64,000 bases of DNA from Chitinophagales bacterium (lineage in GTDB: Bacteria > Bacteroidota > Bacteroidia > Chitinophagales > CAIOSU01). Where the stretch lies: the NCBI GenBank assembly GCA_033762815.1, contig JANRLF010000002.1, forward strand, positions 49,792 to 113,791, given 5' to 3'. How positions within the stretch are numbered: the first letter of the stretch is position 1; the number at the start of each line of letters is the position of its first letter. A program made the position numbers and the translations under genes. The notes under the pieces were generated by a model, which saw only the letters and a list, made by a program, of their open reading frames with translations, was not told the DNA's origin and did not search any database. Positions 1-8,303 of the stretch are shown here, piece by piece.

Positions 1-1
1 C

Positions 2-751
2 AACATATTGATGGAGGAGTGTGTGGCCATAGGCGCATCTGACGCTGGAGTATATGTAGGCCAAAGCGAGAATGCCATTGTAAGACGCAACCGGGTGGAA
101 CGCAATGTGGCAGGGATTGAGATTGAGAATACCATCAATGCCGACTGTTACGAAAACACAGTGACCAACAATACTGCTGGCATCCTTATTTTCGACTTAC
201 CTGGTCTGCCAAAGAAGAACGGGCGTAACATGCGCATCTATAATAATCAGGTACTGAACAACAACCACCCCAATTTTTCTAGCATGGGCATTTCGGTATC
301 TATGGTCCCATCTGGCGTGGGTTTATTATTTATGGCCTGTCAAGACGTTGAGGCATTTGGTAACCGTGTAATAGACAATTATTCTATTGGCACTGCTATA
401 TTCAATCTCGACCAGATGGGGCGTGTTAGCAAGGATAGCCTTTACGACAAATATCCCGCAGGTATTTATCTGCACGACAATATTTACGAGCGTAAAATGA
501 GCGTGCCCGATACCACCCGTGCCTTCGGAAAGATGGTGTACCAAATGTTTGGCAATGAGCCGCCCATTGTCTTCTTCGATGGTTTCCAAAATCCTGCATT
601 GTTGGTAAATGGCAAAATTCCAGATAGCAAACGCATATGCCTTCGCAACAATACAGGTGCTACTTTTTACAACATGGCCACCAAGTCAACTGACGTAAGC
701 CAGCATGACTGTTCGTTATCTCCGCTTGCTGAAACAAAAGTAGCTTTATAG
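2..751 (+). CDS. parallel beta-helix repeat protein, 5-prime truncated by window edge (paralog of 29877..31097)
   Basis: The frame is open to the window edge. [34 protein letters not shown]...ILIFDLPGL aligns colinearly with residue ~155 onward of ORF 29877..31097 ([34 protein letters not shown]...ILVFDMPGL). Confidence 0.8.
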   Translation, partial: [249 protein letters not shown]

Positions 752-788
752 AATAAGGATTAGCACAATTGTTTGCGTGGCGAAAAAC

Positions 789-1259
789 TCAATTCAATAT
801 GATGATGGAGGTATTCAACACGGTGGCGAAACTCACCCATAAAACGTAAGGGATAAGCAAGTAGGCGGCTCTTGAATCGATGGGCTTGAAACGTACCATG
901 GTAAGCACAATTAAGGCCAACATTAACACTATATCTATCAAAGCTGCTGTTGGGCTCTGTAAGCTAAAAAAGATGATGGACCATAAGCCATTAAGCAAAA
1001 GCTGAACAGCAAAGATTCCTAGTGCTTTTCGCACCTCGGCTTTATGCCAGCCAGCATTCCAAACCAAACCGGCTGCAATGCCCATCAGAATGTATAGGAT
1101 AGTCCATGCAGGGCCAAACACCCAATTGGGCGGATTGAAGCTAGGCTTGTTAAGGGTATTGTACCAGCCTTCGATAGCACCGCTGGTAGCAAAGCCAGAA
1201 AGGCCTCCAACTGACAAGCAAACTGCTACGGCTATGATAATTTTCCAGATAGGACGCAT
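789..1259 (-). CDS. tspO: TspO/MBR family tryptophan-rich sensory protein
   Basis: Five-TM, Trp-rich sequence with GWYNTLNKPSFNPPNWVFGPAWTILYILMG, typical of TspO. I prefer the internal ATG at 1259 (156 aa, MRPIWKII...) over the ORF-track start at 1346. Confidence 0.85.
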   Translation of the reverse strand: MRPIWKIIIAVAVCLSVGGLSGFATSGAIEGWYNTLNKPSFNPPNWVFGPAWTILYILMGIAAGLVWNAGWHKAEVRKALGIFAVQLLLNGLWSIIFFSLQSPTAALIDIVLMLALIVLTMVRFKPIDSRAAYLLIPYVLWVSFATVLNTSIIILN

Positions 1260-1450
1260 ATATAGCAAATTATTGAATGGCAATCTATGCAAAAATTGTG
1301 CAAACAATTGCTCGCGAAAGGTGCTCTTTTGATGAAAGGATGACAAGACATTAGCGAGAAATAAATATTAGTGCAATTGTGCAGAAAATCCTTTGAAAAA
1401 TTACCCTAAATAATTACCTTCATTACTGAGAAAAACGTTCTTTAAAATAT

Positions 1451-1683
1451 CAATGCCTTCGGGTATTGGCCCACGCGGGGGATTGTACAATGTTTGAAAA
1501 ACCTAACATTTCAACCAAACCGGGACAAACTCGTGAATGAAAAGGCGGGCCCAGGCCTTGGCTAGTCCAAGGTTTCCCTTCGGGGACGGACTGGGATTAC
1601 TGACCATTTGCGGATCCCAAATCCTGTATTTTCGAGGTTTTCTTCGAAAACAGCACTTATCCTTTGCGTGGGTTATTTTTTTG
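1451..1683 (+). ncRNA. candidate structured RNA or 5-prime leader (unclassified)
   Basis: Two C(UUCG)G tetraloop hairpins (1451-1468, 1575-1586) and a 7-bp hairpin at 1555-1573. These last two sit inside a CCCAG/CTGGG helix (1550-1554/1591-1595). A further hairpin lies at 1629-1650. CCCACGC (1470-1476) can pair long-range with GCGTGGG (1666-1672), followed by a T7 run (1676-1682). No match to any RNA family I can recall. Confidence 0.3.
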
Positions 1684-1819
1684 TCCTCCATTGTTCCGAA
1701 AATTCCCTAGAGATTCCTATCTTCCCCCTTTCTTAAGAAATAGGCTATTTTTAATAATGACTTCACTTTATAGATTGAATCTTTTTTTATTTTCGAGCCT
1801 TCAGAACATTTGCTTTAGC

Positions 1820-3919
1820 ATGCGACAAAACTACCTACGTTTAAGTTTGGCTTTTGCCTTAGCGGCAATCGTCCTGCTGCCTGGAACCGTATTGGCACAA
1901 AACAATGTGGGTATTGGTACCCAAACTCCTGACCCAAATGCCATACTGGAGTTGTTATCTAGCGACAAGGGTTTGCTCATTCCCCGAATGACCACTACCC
2001 AAAGGTTGGCTATGAACCCTAATCTTGGCTTTGCGCAACTGGGCTTGTTGGTATTTGATACTGATACGAATAATTTTTGGTACTGGGATGGTACCCAATG
2101 GGTATTAGCAATAGGCCCGATTGGCCCTACCGGCCCAACAGGTCCGACAGGAGCAACTGGCATAGCTGGTGCTGATGGCCCAACTGGTCCTGCTGGTATC
2201 GATGGGGCCACCGGTCCGACAGGCCCTGCGGGAGCCAATGGTGCTACCGGAGCCACTGGATTCGTGCAGCCTGGTGATTCTCCTGGCGATACCCCATTTT
2301 GGGACGGTACCCAATGGATAACTACTTCTAGCAACATATATAACAACAACGCCAATGTAGGTGTGGGCACCGTTACCCCCAATGCCAAATTGGAAGTGCA
2401 AGGCACTGGAACAACCCCATCTACCTACACTTTCCAGACCTTGGATGGCAATGGCTCACCTACCACTACCATTAATGACAATGGGCAAGTGGGTATTGGA
2501 ACTCAAAACCCTGATCCTTCTGCTATTGTTGAAATCACTTCTGATGTAAGGGGTTTCTTGCCGCCACGAATGAGCACCTCTTCAAGAGATGCTATACAAA
2601 ACCCTGCTCGTGGTTTGATTATTTTTAATATTACGGATAGTACCCTTCAAATTTTCAATGGTCAATGCTGGTTGAGGAGCTATCAGAAAACCTGTAACGA
2701 TTGTTTCTTCTCACTTACTCCTAGTGCCACCGCAGATACCATTGACAGGGTGCAAACGGATTCAACTACATTTACCGTCCAGGTGAACCAATCCAACGGA
2801 AATCCACAAAACATTGCTTTTGCTGTTATAGGTCAATTGCCCCCTGGAGTGACGGTAAGTATTGTAAATAACCCGCAGTTTAGTACAGGAACTGTTAATG
2901 TTACCATCAAAGTAACGCCATTCTCACCTGCTGGAACTTTTCCTATCGTAATCCAAGCATTGTGTGGTGGAACGGTTGAGAACATCATCTTCTCATTGAC
3001 ATTGACCCCTTGTTACGATGTGCATATCAGCAATACCGTACAAAACTACAATTTGGCTAGTGCCATGTCGAGCCTATACGGTTCAGCTATACTTACTTCT
3101 CCCGTATGTGTGGTAAGTACTGTTGATGCTGGGGTAGATGTAACCAGCCTTACCACTGCTCAGCCTGCCTATACCACAGGTGGCTTGGCTTCAGGTTCGG
3201 TAGTGGCACTTATCAATAATGGGAACATAATAGGAAAGGGTGGTAATGGCGGCACTGCAACTGACCCAGCCAATGGTTGGACTGGGGCTGGGGAAAATGG
3301 CGGCAATGCAGTGGAAGTTACTGTTAACACCACCGTGCAAAACAATTTCAATATTTATGGAGGCGGTGGTGGTGGTAACGCCATGGCTTTCGGCCTCACC
3401 TATAACCTGAACAACTTGGTTCCAGGATTGCCTATTACACTACCCACTATTGGTATATTGATAGGTGCTGGCGGTGGCGGCGGCGCAGGTGGCGGTTTGG
3501 GTGGCAATATTCCTACATTCCTTGGCCTACAGTTCTACGTACCAGGCACTAATGCTACTGCTGGTCAATATGGAGTACCTGGCCAGGGAGGAATTTTAAA
3601 CTTCCCCATTAACACTACCCAAGGGCCTGTAACTATTGGTATCAACCCAAATGCTTATGGTGGTAATGGAGGAGCTTATGGTTATCCTGGAACGCAAGGT
3701 GGTTTTCAAGTAAGCTTGAACCTTTCCATTACGGTAAGCATACCTTTTATAGGACCTATTACTATACCAGTACTGACCAATTTCAATATTCCTATTCCAG
3801 TACCTATACCTGCAGCGGGCGTAGGTGGATATGCCATTAGGCGCAGGAATGGAGCCACCACCAATGTACCTGACAATACTTATAATACCTCTTTCTTAAA
3901 AGGAAGGGTGGGTCAATAA
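1820..3919 (+). CDS. secreted collagen-like triple-helix repeat / glycine-rich surface protein
   Basis: Signal peptide [27 protein letters not shown] starts at the ATG at 1820. Residues upstream in the ORF-track frame look non-protein-like. Contains 16 G-X-Y triplets, a duplicated VGIGTQ.PDP.AI.E..S...G.L.PRM module, and a C-terminal Gly-rich region. Confidence 0.8.
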   Translation: MRQNYLRLSLAFALAAIVLLPGTVLAQNNVGIGTQTPDPNAILELLSSDKGLLIPRMTTTQRLAMNPNLGFAQLGLLVFDTDTNNFWYWDGTQWVLAIGPIGPTGPTGPTGATGIAGADGPTGPAGIDGATGPTGPAGANGATGATGFVQPGDSPGDTPFWDGTQWITTSSNIYNNNANVGVGTVTPNAKLEVQGTGTTPSTYTFQTLDGNGSPTTTINDNGQVGIGTQNPDPSAIVEITSDVRGFLPPRMSTSSRDAIQNPARGLIIFNITDSTLQIFNGQCWLRSYQKTCNDCFFSLTPSATADTIDRVQTDSTTFTVQVNQSNGNPQNIAFAVIGQLPPGVTVSIVNNPQFSTGTVNVTIKVTPFSPAGTFPIVIQALCGGTVENIIFSLTLTPCYDVHISNTVQNYNLASAMSSLYGSAILTSPVCVVSTVDAGVDVTSLTTAQPAYTTGGLASGSVVALINNGNIIGKGGNGGTATDPANGWTGAGENGGNAVEVTVNTTVQNNFNIYGGGGGGNAMAFGLTYNLNNLVPGLPITLPTIGILIGAGGGGGAGGGLGGNIPTFLGLQFYVPGTNATAGQYGVPGQGGILNFPINTTQGPVTIGINPNAYGGNGGAYGYPGTQGGFQVSLNLSITVSIPFIGPITIPVLTNFNIPIPVPIPAAGVGGYAIRRRNGATTNVPDNTYNTSFLKGRVGQ
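2114..2260 (+). repeat. collagen-like G-X-Y repeat, 16 triplets (coding)
   Basis: Reads [49 protein letters not shown] directly, in frame with the 1820 CDS. Confidence 0.9.
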
Positions 3920-3943
3920 TTAATAAGATAAACGGACTACAAA

Positions 3944-4615
3944 ATGACATTCAATAAATTAATAGTAGCACTAAGCTTTATAGGCTTACAATTGTTTTCA
4001 TCGCTCACTTATGCTGATACCTTTGAAGGTGTACTGGAAATGACTACCATAAACTATAGCAGTGGGGAAAAAGCAACGGTGACTTGGAGCATAAAGGATG
4101 GCAACCATCGCATGGACTACCAGACTACTGTAGAGGGGAAGCCCTTTAATTATACCTTGCTTTTTTTGCAGGGAAGGGCGGATGTATTGCTGTTGATGGA
4201 AGGCAATGGAAAAAAGATAGCTTATACCGTTCCTGCTGGAGCATTGGCCATTAGCAATCTCGTGAAACCTAACACGTTGTTGCAGCCTGGGGCCGGTGAA
4301 AAGGTCCTAGCGGGCCTTAATTGTACGCCACTGGTAGATGGCAAGGGTAATGTGGTAGCTTGGGTATCGGCGCAGTCGCCGGTTAGTGTAAGTGATGCTC
4401 CTGCTGCTTTAAAGGGACAGGGTGTTTTTCAATTGTTGGTCAACAATAAGATTAACAGTTTGCCCTTGGAGTTTAATGCCACTGATGCAGAAGGTAAGCC
4501 TACCTATCAGCAAACTATCGTATCAATCAAGCAGCAGCCAGTAAATGGGGCGGTATTCGATTATTCATCTTATACCCCTGCCCAAGAAGCTCTGCAAGAA
4601 TTACAGAAGCAATAA
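3944..4615 (+). CDS. secreted hypothetical protein (possibly DUF4412/LolA-like)
   Basis: Signal peptide MTFNKLIVALSFIGLQLFSSLTYA. Lies 24 nt downstream of the collagen-like gene on the same strand. The domain guess is from memory only. Confidence 0.6.
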   Translation: MTFNKLIVALSFIGLQLFSSLTYADTFEGVLEMTTINYSSGEKATVTWSIKDGNHRMDYQTTVEGKPFNYTLLFLQGRADVLLLMEGNGKKIAYTVPAGALAISNLVKPNTLLQPGAGEKVLAGLNCTPLVDGKGNVVAWVSAQSPVSVSDAPAALKGQGVFQLLVNNKINSLPLEFNATDAEGKPTYQQTIVSIKQQPVNGAVFDYSSYTPAQEALQELQKQ

Positions 4616-4630
4616 TTTACTATTGATTAA

Positions 4631-5170
4631 ATGGACCAAACAAATCTAGGGATTGGTGCGCGCGTGGAGCACCCAAAGTATGGAGAGGGAATTGTAGTAG
4701 GTGGCGACCTTTCATTTACCAAAGTGTTTTTCCGAAATGTGGGCGACAAGGAAATTGCCAAATCTTTCGAAGGCCTCAAAGTTTTAGAACCTGCAGGAAG
4801 TATTGACAATTCCCTATCATTAGACGATGTGAAGTTTGCACTTACCCAAGTGCTGCAGAAATTTGCTGATTTCACCTTGTTGGTGCCGTTGGGTGAGCGT
4901 TGGAAAGGTGGCCAAATGATTTTACAACCAGCTGATAAGAGCCTTAAGCCAAAGGAGATACCTATAGAAACCTTTTTCCACAAAATTGTAATGTTACGCG
5001 ACCGATTGAGGGTATTGGAACAGCAAATCAATGGCAACGCCAAATTGAGTGATGAGGATAAAGTAAACTTGCAACAATATATTACCCGTTGTTACGGCAG
5101 TTTGACCACCTTCAATGTGTTCTTCCAAAGGAAAGAAGATCAGTTTGTAGGCGAAGGCGGCAAAGATTGA
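4631..5170 (+). CDS. hypothetical cytoplasmic protein with a UvrD/PcrA C-terminal-like small beta-barrel motif
   Basis: N-terminal GARVEHPKYGEGIVVG resembles the G.RV.H.KFGEG.V motif at the C-termini of UvrD/PcrA helicases. The rest is helical and of unknown function. Lies 15 nt after the previous gene. Confidence 0.6.
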   Translation: MDQTNLGIGARVEHPKYGEGIVVGGDLSFTKVFFRNVGDKEIAKSFEGLKVLEPAGSIDNSLSLDDVKFALTQVLQKFADFTLLVPLGERWKGGQMILQPADKSLKPKEIPIETFFHKIVMLRDRLRVLEQQINGNAKLSDEDKVNLQQYITRCYGSLTTFNVFFQRKEDQFVGEGGKD

Positions 5171-6159
5171 TCAAGCCCGTGTTTCTTGTTTTTCATCACA
5201 ATAGCGGGTGTCCAATCTACTCGATATTCGAAGGGTTGCCGCCTTACAGTACAGTCAGGTTTGGTGCATAGTTTACAAGAAGTAGGAAGGCAGGGGTCAG
5301 GGTGGATAAAGAATTCTACTTCGTGACCCAAATGTTCTTTTATGGTGGCGGCTATCTCCTCCATTTCATCATGCACTTCCGTCAAGTTAAAGTACCAAGG
5401 CAGCGTTACATGGCAATCGATATGATAATCAGGCCCATATTTTATCACCCTTAAGTTGTGTATGTCAATCCAATTGGGGCTACGATGTTTGTTTAGTATG
5501 GCAATAAGATTATCAATCAATAACAGGTCGGCTTCGTCCATTATCCCCGCGTAGGCTTCCCTTACAGTTTTGATGCCCGTGTAAATAATGAATAAACCGA
5601 ACATGATAGCAACTACATTATCGAGCCAAGCAACATGTGTTAAGTAAACAATGCCTAAGCCTAAAAGTAAGCCTACACTGGTATAAGCATCGGATTTAAG
5701 ATGACGGCCATCGGCTACCATGATAGCAGAACGGTTGTTGGTACCCATCTTTACCAATATAAGGCCCATAAAGAAATTAATGGCACCGGTTATTACGGTA
5801 AGCACCAAACCATAATCAAGATTTCCTAAATGGCTCGATACGAAAAAATTGTAGATGGATTTGCAAATAATTGCCAAGCCCGCCAATGTGATGAGTCCAC
5901 CCTCAAAACCGGCGGAAACAAACTCCATTTTCCCATGCCCATAAGGATGGTCCAAATCTTTCGGACGGGCGGCGAAGTAGATACTATAAAGGGCAAAGCT
6001 TCCCGCTACGACATTGATAATCGATTCTAGGGCATCAGCAAGAACCGCATTGGAACCAGTTATTAGATAGGTAAAAAACTTAACGCCCATTATGGCCACG
6101 CCAACAGCCAATGTAACGCTAAGTACCCTAAACTGTTTGCGATAAGCAATGCTGCTCAT
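5140..6159 (-). CDS. cation diffusion facilitator (CDF) family metal efflux transporter
   Basis: Six-TM core plus cytoplasmic domain with CDF-like sequence (LADALESIINV, HLKSDAYTS, DEADLLLID). I use the ATG at 6159; the ORF-track start at 6168 is a TTG. Confidence 0.88.
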   Translation of the reverse strand: MSSIAYRKQFRVLSVTLAVGVAIMGVKFFTYLITGSNAVLADALESIINVVAGSFALYSIYFAARPKDLDHPYGHGKMEFVSAGFEGGLITLAGLAIICKSIYNFFVSSHLGNLDYGLVLTVITGAINFFMGLILVKMGTNNRSAIMVADGRHLKSDAYTSVGLLLGLGIVYLTHVAWLDNVVAIMFGLFIIYTGIKTVREAYAGIMDEADLLLIDNLIAILNKHRSPNWIDIHNLRVIKYGPDYHIDCHVTLPWYFNLTEVHDEMEEIAATIKEHLGHEVEFFIHPDPCLPTSCKLCTKPDCTVRRQPFEYRVDWTPAIVMKNKKHGLDQSLPPSPTN

Positions 6160-6202
6160 AGTCCGCAAATTACAACGATAAAATGATAATGATATCCGAC
6201 TG

Positions 6203-6658
6203 CTAGTAAACTTCTAGCACCTTGTGGTCCTCGCCCCTAAAGTTGAATGTTTCTCCTTTCTTTTTACCAGCAATGGCATCGTAAAGTGGAGCTTGGGTGG
6301 AAATTACAAAGAAAGTACTGTTATCCACCTTAATTTTGCCCATGTTCCATGAAAGGAATACTTTAAGTTTATCTGTAATTACCACAGAGCCTAACTTAGC
6401 TGTATCCAATTCTACTTGGGGGTTGATTTTTTTCAGAACCTGGAGCCCCATGCTAGCTTGCTCCAATTGACGGGTGTACATCTCACGGTCATGTTGCATC
6501 TGCTCCCTGAACGATTCAAAATTTTCCTCACTGCCACCTTTTTCGTCATTAGCGGCATCTTGTACGTTTTTGATGGCTGTCTTTAGGGTTTCTACCAAAT
6601 CGTTCTGTACCTTAAGGCATTCCTCTAGTAAGCGTGCCTTTACCTTCTCTTGTTCCAT
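6203..6658 (-). CDS. GreA/GreB-family-like protein (coiled coil plus Gre C-terminal domain)
   Basis: The C-terminal ISTQAPLYDAIAGKKKGETFNFRG matches the iS..SPla.AL.Gkk.Gd pattern of Gre-factor C-terminal domains. The N-terminus is a charged coiled coil. Confidence 0.55.
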   Translation of the reverse strand: MEQEKVKARLLEECLKVQNDLVETLKTAIKNVQDAANDEKGGSEENFESFREQMQHDREMYTRQLEQASMGLQVLKKINPQVELDTAKLGSVVITDKLKVFLSWNMGKIKVDNSTFFVISTQAPLYDAIAGKKKGETFNFRGEDHKVLEVY

Positions 6659-6727
6659 TGGGGTACAAAAATAAGCAATAATTGGAAAAACAAGGTTGTG
6701 CCAGCGACCTTATCAGAAAAGCAGAAA

Positions 6728-6898
6728 TTATGCCGCTACTACGGAATAGTAGCCGAATTTTAATGCCACCCATTGCATCAGCTCGTGTTTGTCAGCAGCT
6801 ACCAATTGTTGCAGGGCTTTGGTCAATTCTTTGTCGAAAAGGTCTCTATCGAAACTTACTTTTTCTAGAATCAGCTTACTATATTCCAACATCGACAT
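6728..6898 (-). CDS. possible small ORF (56 aa), absent from the ORF track because it is under 60 aa
   Basis: ATG..TAA frame encoding MSMLEYSKLILEKVSFDRDLFDKELTKALQQLVAADKHELMQWVALKFGYYSVVAA. It is helical and protein-like, and lies 69 nt upstream of the Gre-like gene on the same strand. There is no homology evidence. Confidence 0.35.
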   Translation of the reverse strand: MSMLEYSKLILEKVSFDRDLFDKELTKALQQLVAADKHELMQWVALKFGYYSVVAA

Positions 6899-7155
6899 AG
6901 GGCATTCTTTATTCTGTTATTGAATTTAAACTAAAGAAATCGATTCTTTAGTACGTCCATTACGTTTTTTAATGTGCCTGCTCTTTTCTTAATTCCACAT
7001 TTAACAATCCGTAACAATGGTGGCTGTTTATGAAAAAATTGTGCCAATAGTAGGTATGACGTACTAGCAAGAGATAAATTTTTTAGCCTTCTGCAAGGCA
7101 TTATCTAATCAGGAGGTAGGGGTGCGAAACTTGGATGCGGAGGGGAAATCAACCA

Positions 7156-7185
7156 ATAAAAAAGCCACCCCTTTCAGGATGGCTT
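7156..7185 (-). terminator. rho-independent terminator downstream of tRNA-His
   Basis: On the minus strand, AAGCCATCC-loop-GGGGTGGCTT forms a ~9-bp stem followed by TTTTTTATTGG. Confidence 0.5.
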
Positions 7186-7199
7186 CCAGTGCTTTTTAG

Positions 7200-7274
7200 G
7201 GACACCTATGGGGTTCGAACCCACGACCCTCGGAACCACAATCCGATGCTCTAACCAACTGAGCTAAGGTGTCC
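7200..7274 (-). tRNA. tRNA-His (anticodon GUG)
   Basis: Hand-folded cloverleaf. Acceptor GACACCT/AGGTGTC with an encoded G-1:C73 pair, a His hallmark. D arm GCTC/GAGC, anticodon arm TCGGA-TTGTGGT-TCCGA, T arm GTGGG-TTCGAAC-CCCAT. Confidence 0.9.
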
Positions 7275-7363
7275 GTATATGCAGGGTGCAAAGATAATAT
7301 TTTCCTCATATCCCTACACCTATATCAACCTAATTTTTTGTATTCAGTTCCTAGCGAAGCACC

Positions 7364-8221
7364 TTATTGAGCTGGTGCAGGGCTTAAAGTAATCTTACGT
7401 TCTACTGGGTTGAATTTGTTCGGGATGGTTTTGCCATCTTTATCTATTAGCTCCAACTTTATGGTATGCTCTCCCAATGGAAGGCCTTCAATAAAATATG
7501 GCTCCCATTTTGTGAGCACGAACTCGGTACCATCAATAGTAGCCTTTACTTTGTTGCCTGTTTCTGAAAGTTCGGTATTAGCTAAGAAATAATCGAGCAA
7601 TACTTTCTTCGTTTCTTTTTCGCCTTTATACTCTCCTTTAGGGCGGCTATAAAACAGAAGAGGTGCCTTTAAATCAACGTCATTTTTTACTGCTTTGTTA
7701 CCTACACTGAAGTAATCCACCACATAAGCATCTTTATGCTTTAGGCTCTCATGATAAGAACGTGATAGAAACAATAAAGCTACATAACCACCAGGCTGTA
7801 AATCGCGCTCGAAAGTAGTATCATAATGAGCGGTGTATGGTTCATTATTCAATATCAGGTGTATGTGTTGGCCCTGTTCTGAGTTAGCACAATGGTCATA
7901 TACCCTTACGGTTTGTTTCTTCAATTCATAATTTTCCACCGAGGTCTTGAATTCTACTTTACCGGTTTTAACCCACTCATTCGACTTTGGCGATAACAGC
8001 TTTAGTTTCGCCTCGGGAAAATCAGGGGAGTTATTTACCTTGGTAAGACGGATTCCGTTCTTTTCCATCACTACTTCTGATGCGGAAGTAGCATCATTGG
8101 CTAGGGTATCTTTTGTTACAGTGGTTGAATCTTGAGCCGAGCCAGAATCTCCGGTTCCTGAGCCACAAGAGGCTGTGAAAAGTAGGACAATTGCTAACGG
8201 CAAAATATTGAACTTTGTCAT
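7364..8221 (-). CDS. hypothetical lipoprotein
   Basis: Lipobox LLFTASCGSG and a long clean ORF. Divergent from the copper ATPase gene. Contains a His-rich patch DHCANSEQGQHIHL. Confidence 0.7.
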   Translation of the reverse strand: MTKFNILPLAIVLLFTASCGSGTGDSGSAQDSTTVTKDTLANDATSASEVVMEKNGIRLTKVNNSPDFPEAKLKLLSPKSNEWVKTGKVEFKTSVENYELKKQTVRVYDHCANSEQGQHIHLILNNEPYTAHYDTTFERDLQPGGYVALLFLSRSYHESLKHKDAYVVDYFSVGNKAVKNDVDLKAPLLFYSRPKGEYKGEKETKKVLLDYFLANTELSETGNKVKATIDGTEFVLTKWEPYFIEGLPLGEHTIKLELIDKDGKTIPNKFNPVERKITLSPAPAQ

Positions 8222-8257
8222 CGTTGGGTTGATTTTAGTAATGAAGTGAAAAATAGA

Positions 8258-8265
8258 TAATTTTG
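8258..8265 (+). promoter_or_regulatory. Bacteroidota-type -7 box (TAATTTTG) upstream of the P-type ATPase
   Basis: Exact match to the TAnnTTTG consensus, 39 nt upstream of the ATG at 8304. This is a motif match only. Confidence 0.3.
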
Positions 8266-8303
8266 GTACAATCGTCCTACAAATTTTATGTCAAAAAACT
8301 GAG

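Noticed and set aside
1664-1819. ORF-track N-terminal extension of the collagen-like gene ([14 protein letters not shown]...)
   Set aside because: The sequence is low-complexity and non-protein-like, and it overlaps the T-run and hairpin region. A canonical signal peptide begins at the ATG at 1820.
1831-2406. 191-aa and 98-aa antisense ORFs opposite the collagen-like region, themselves Gly/Pro/Val-rich
   Set aside because: The reverse complement of GGN-CCN-rich G-X-Y codons automatically yields stop-free Gly/Pro-rich frames. The sense frame has a signal peptide and continuous domain structure, so these are mirror artefacts.
7200-7274. Possibility that tRNA-His (and tRNA-Val at 54637..54711) marks a genomic-island integration site
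   Set aside because: There is no integrase, no direct repeat of the tRNA 3-prime end, and flanking genes are ordinary chromosomal genes on both sides.
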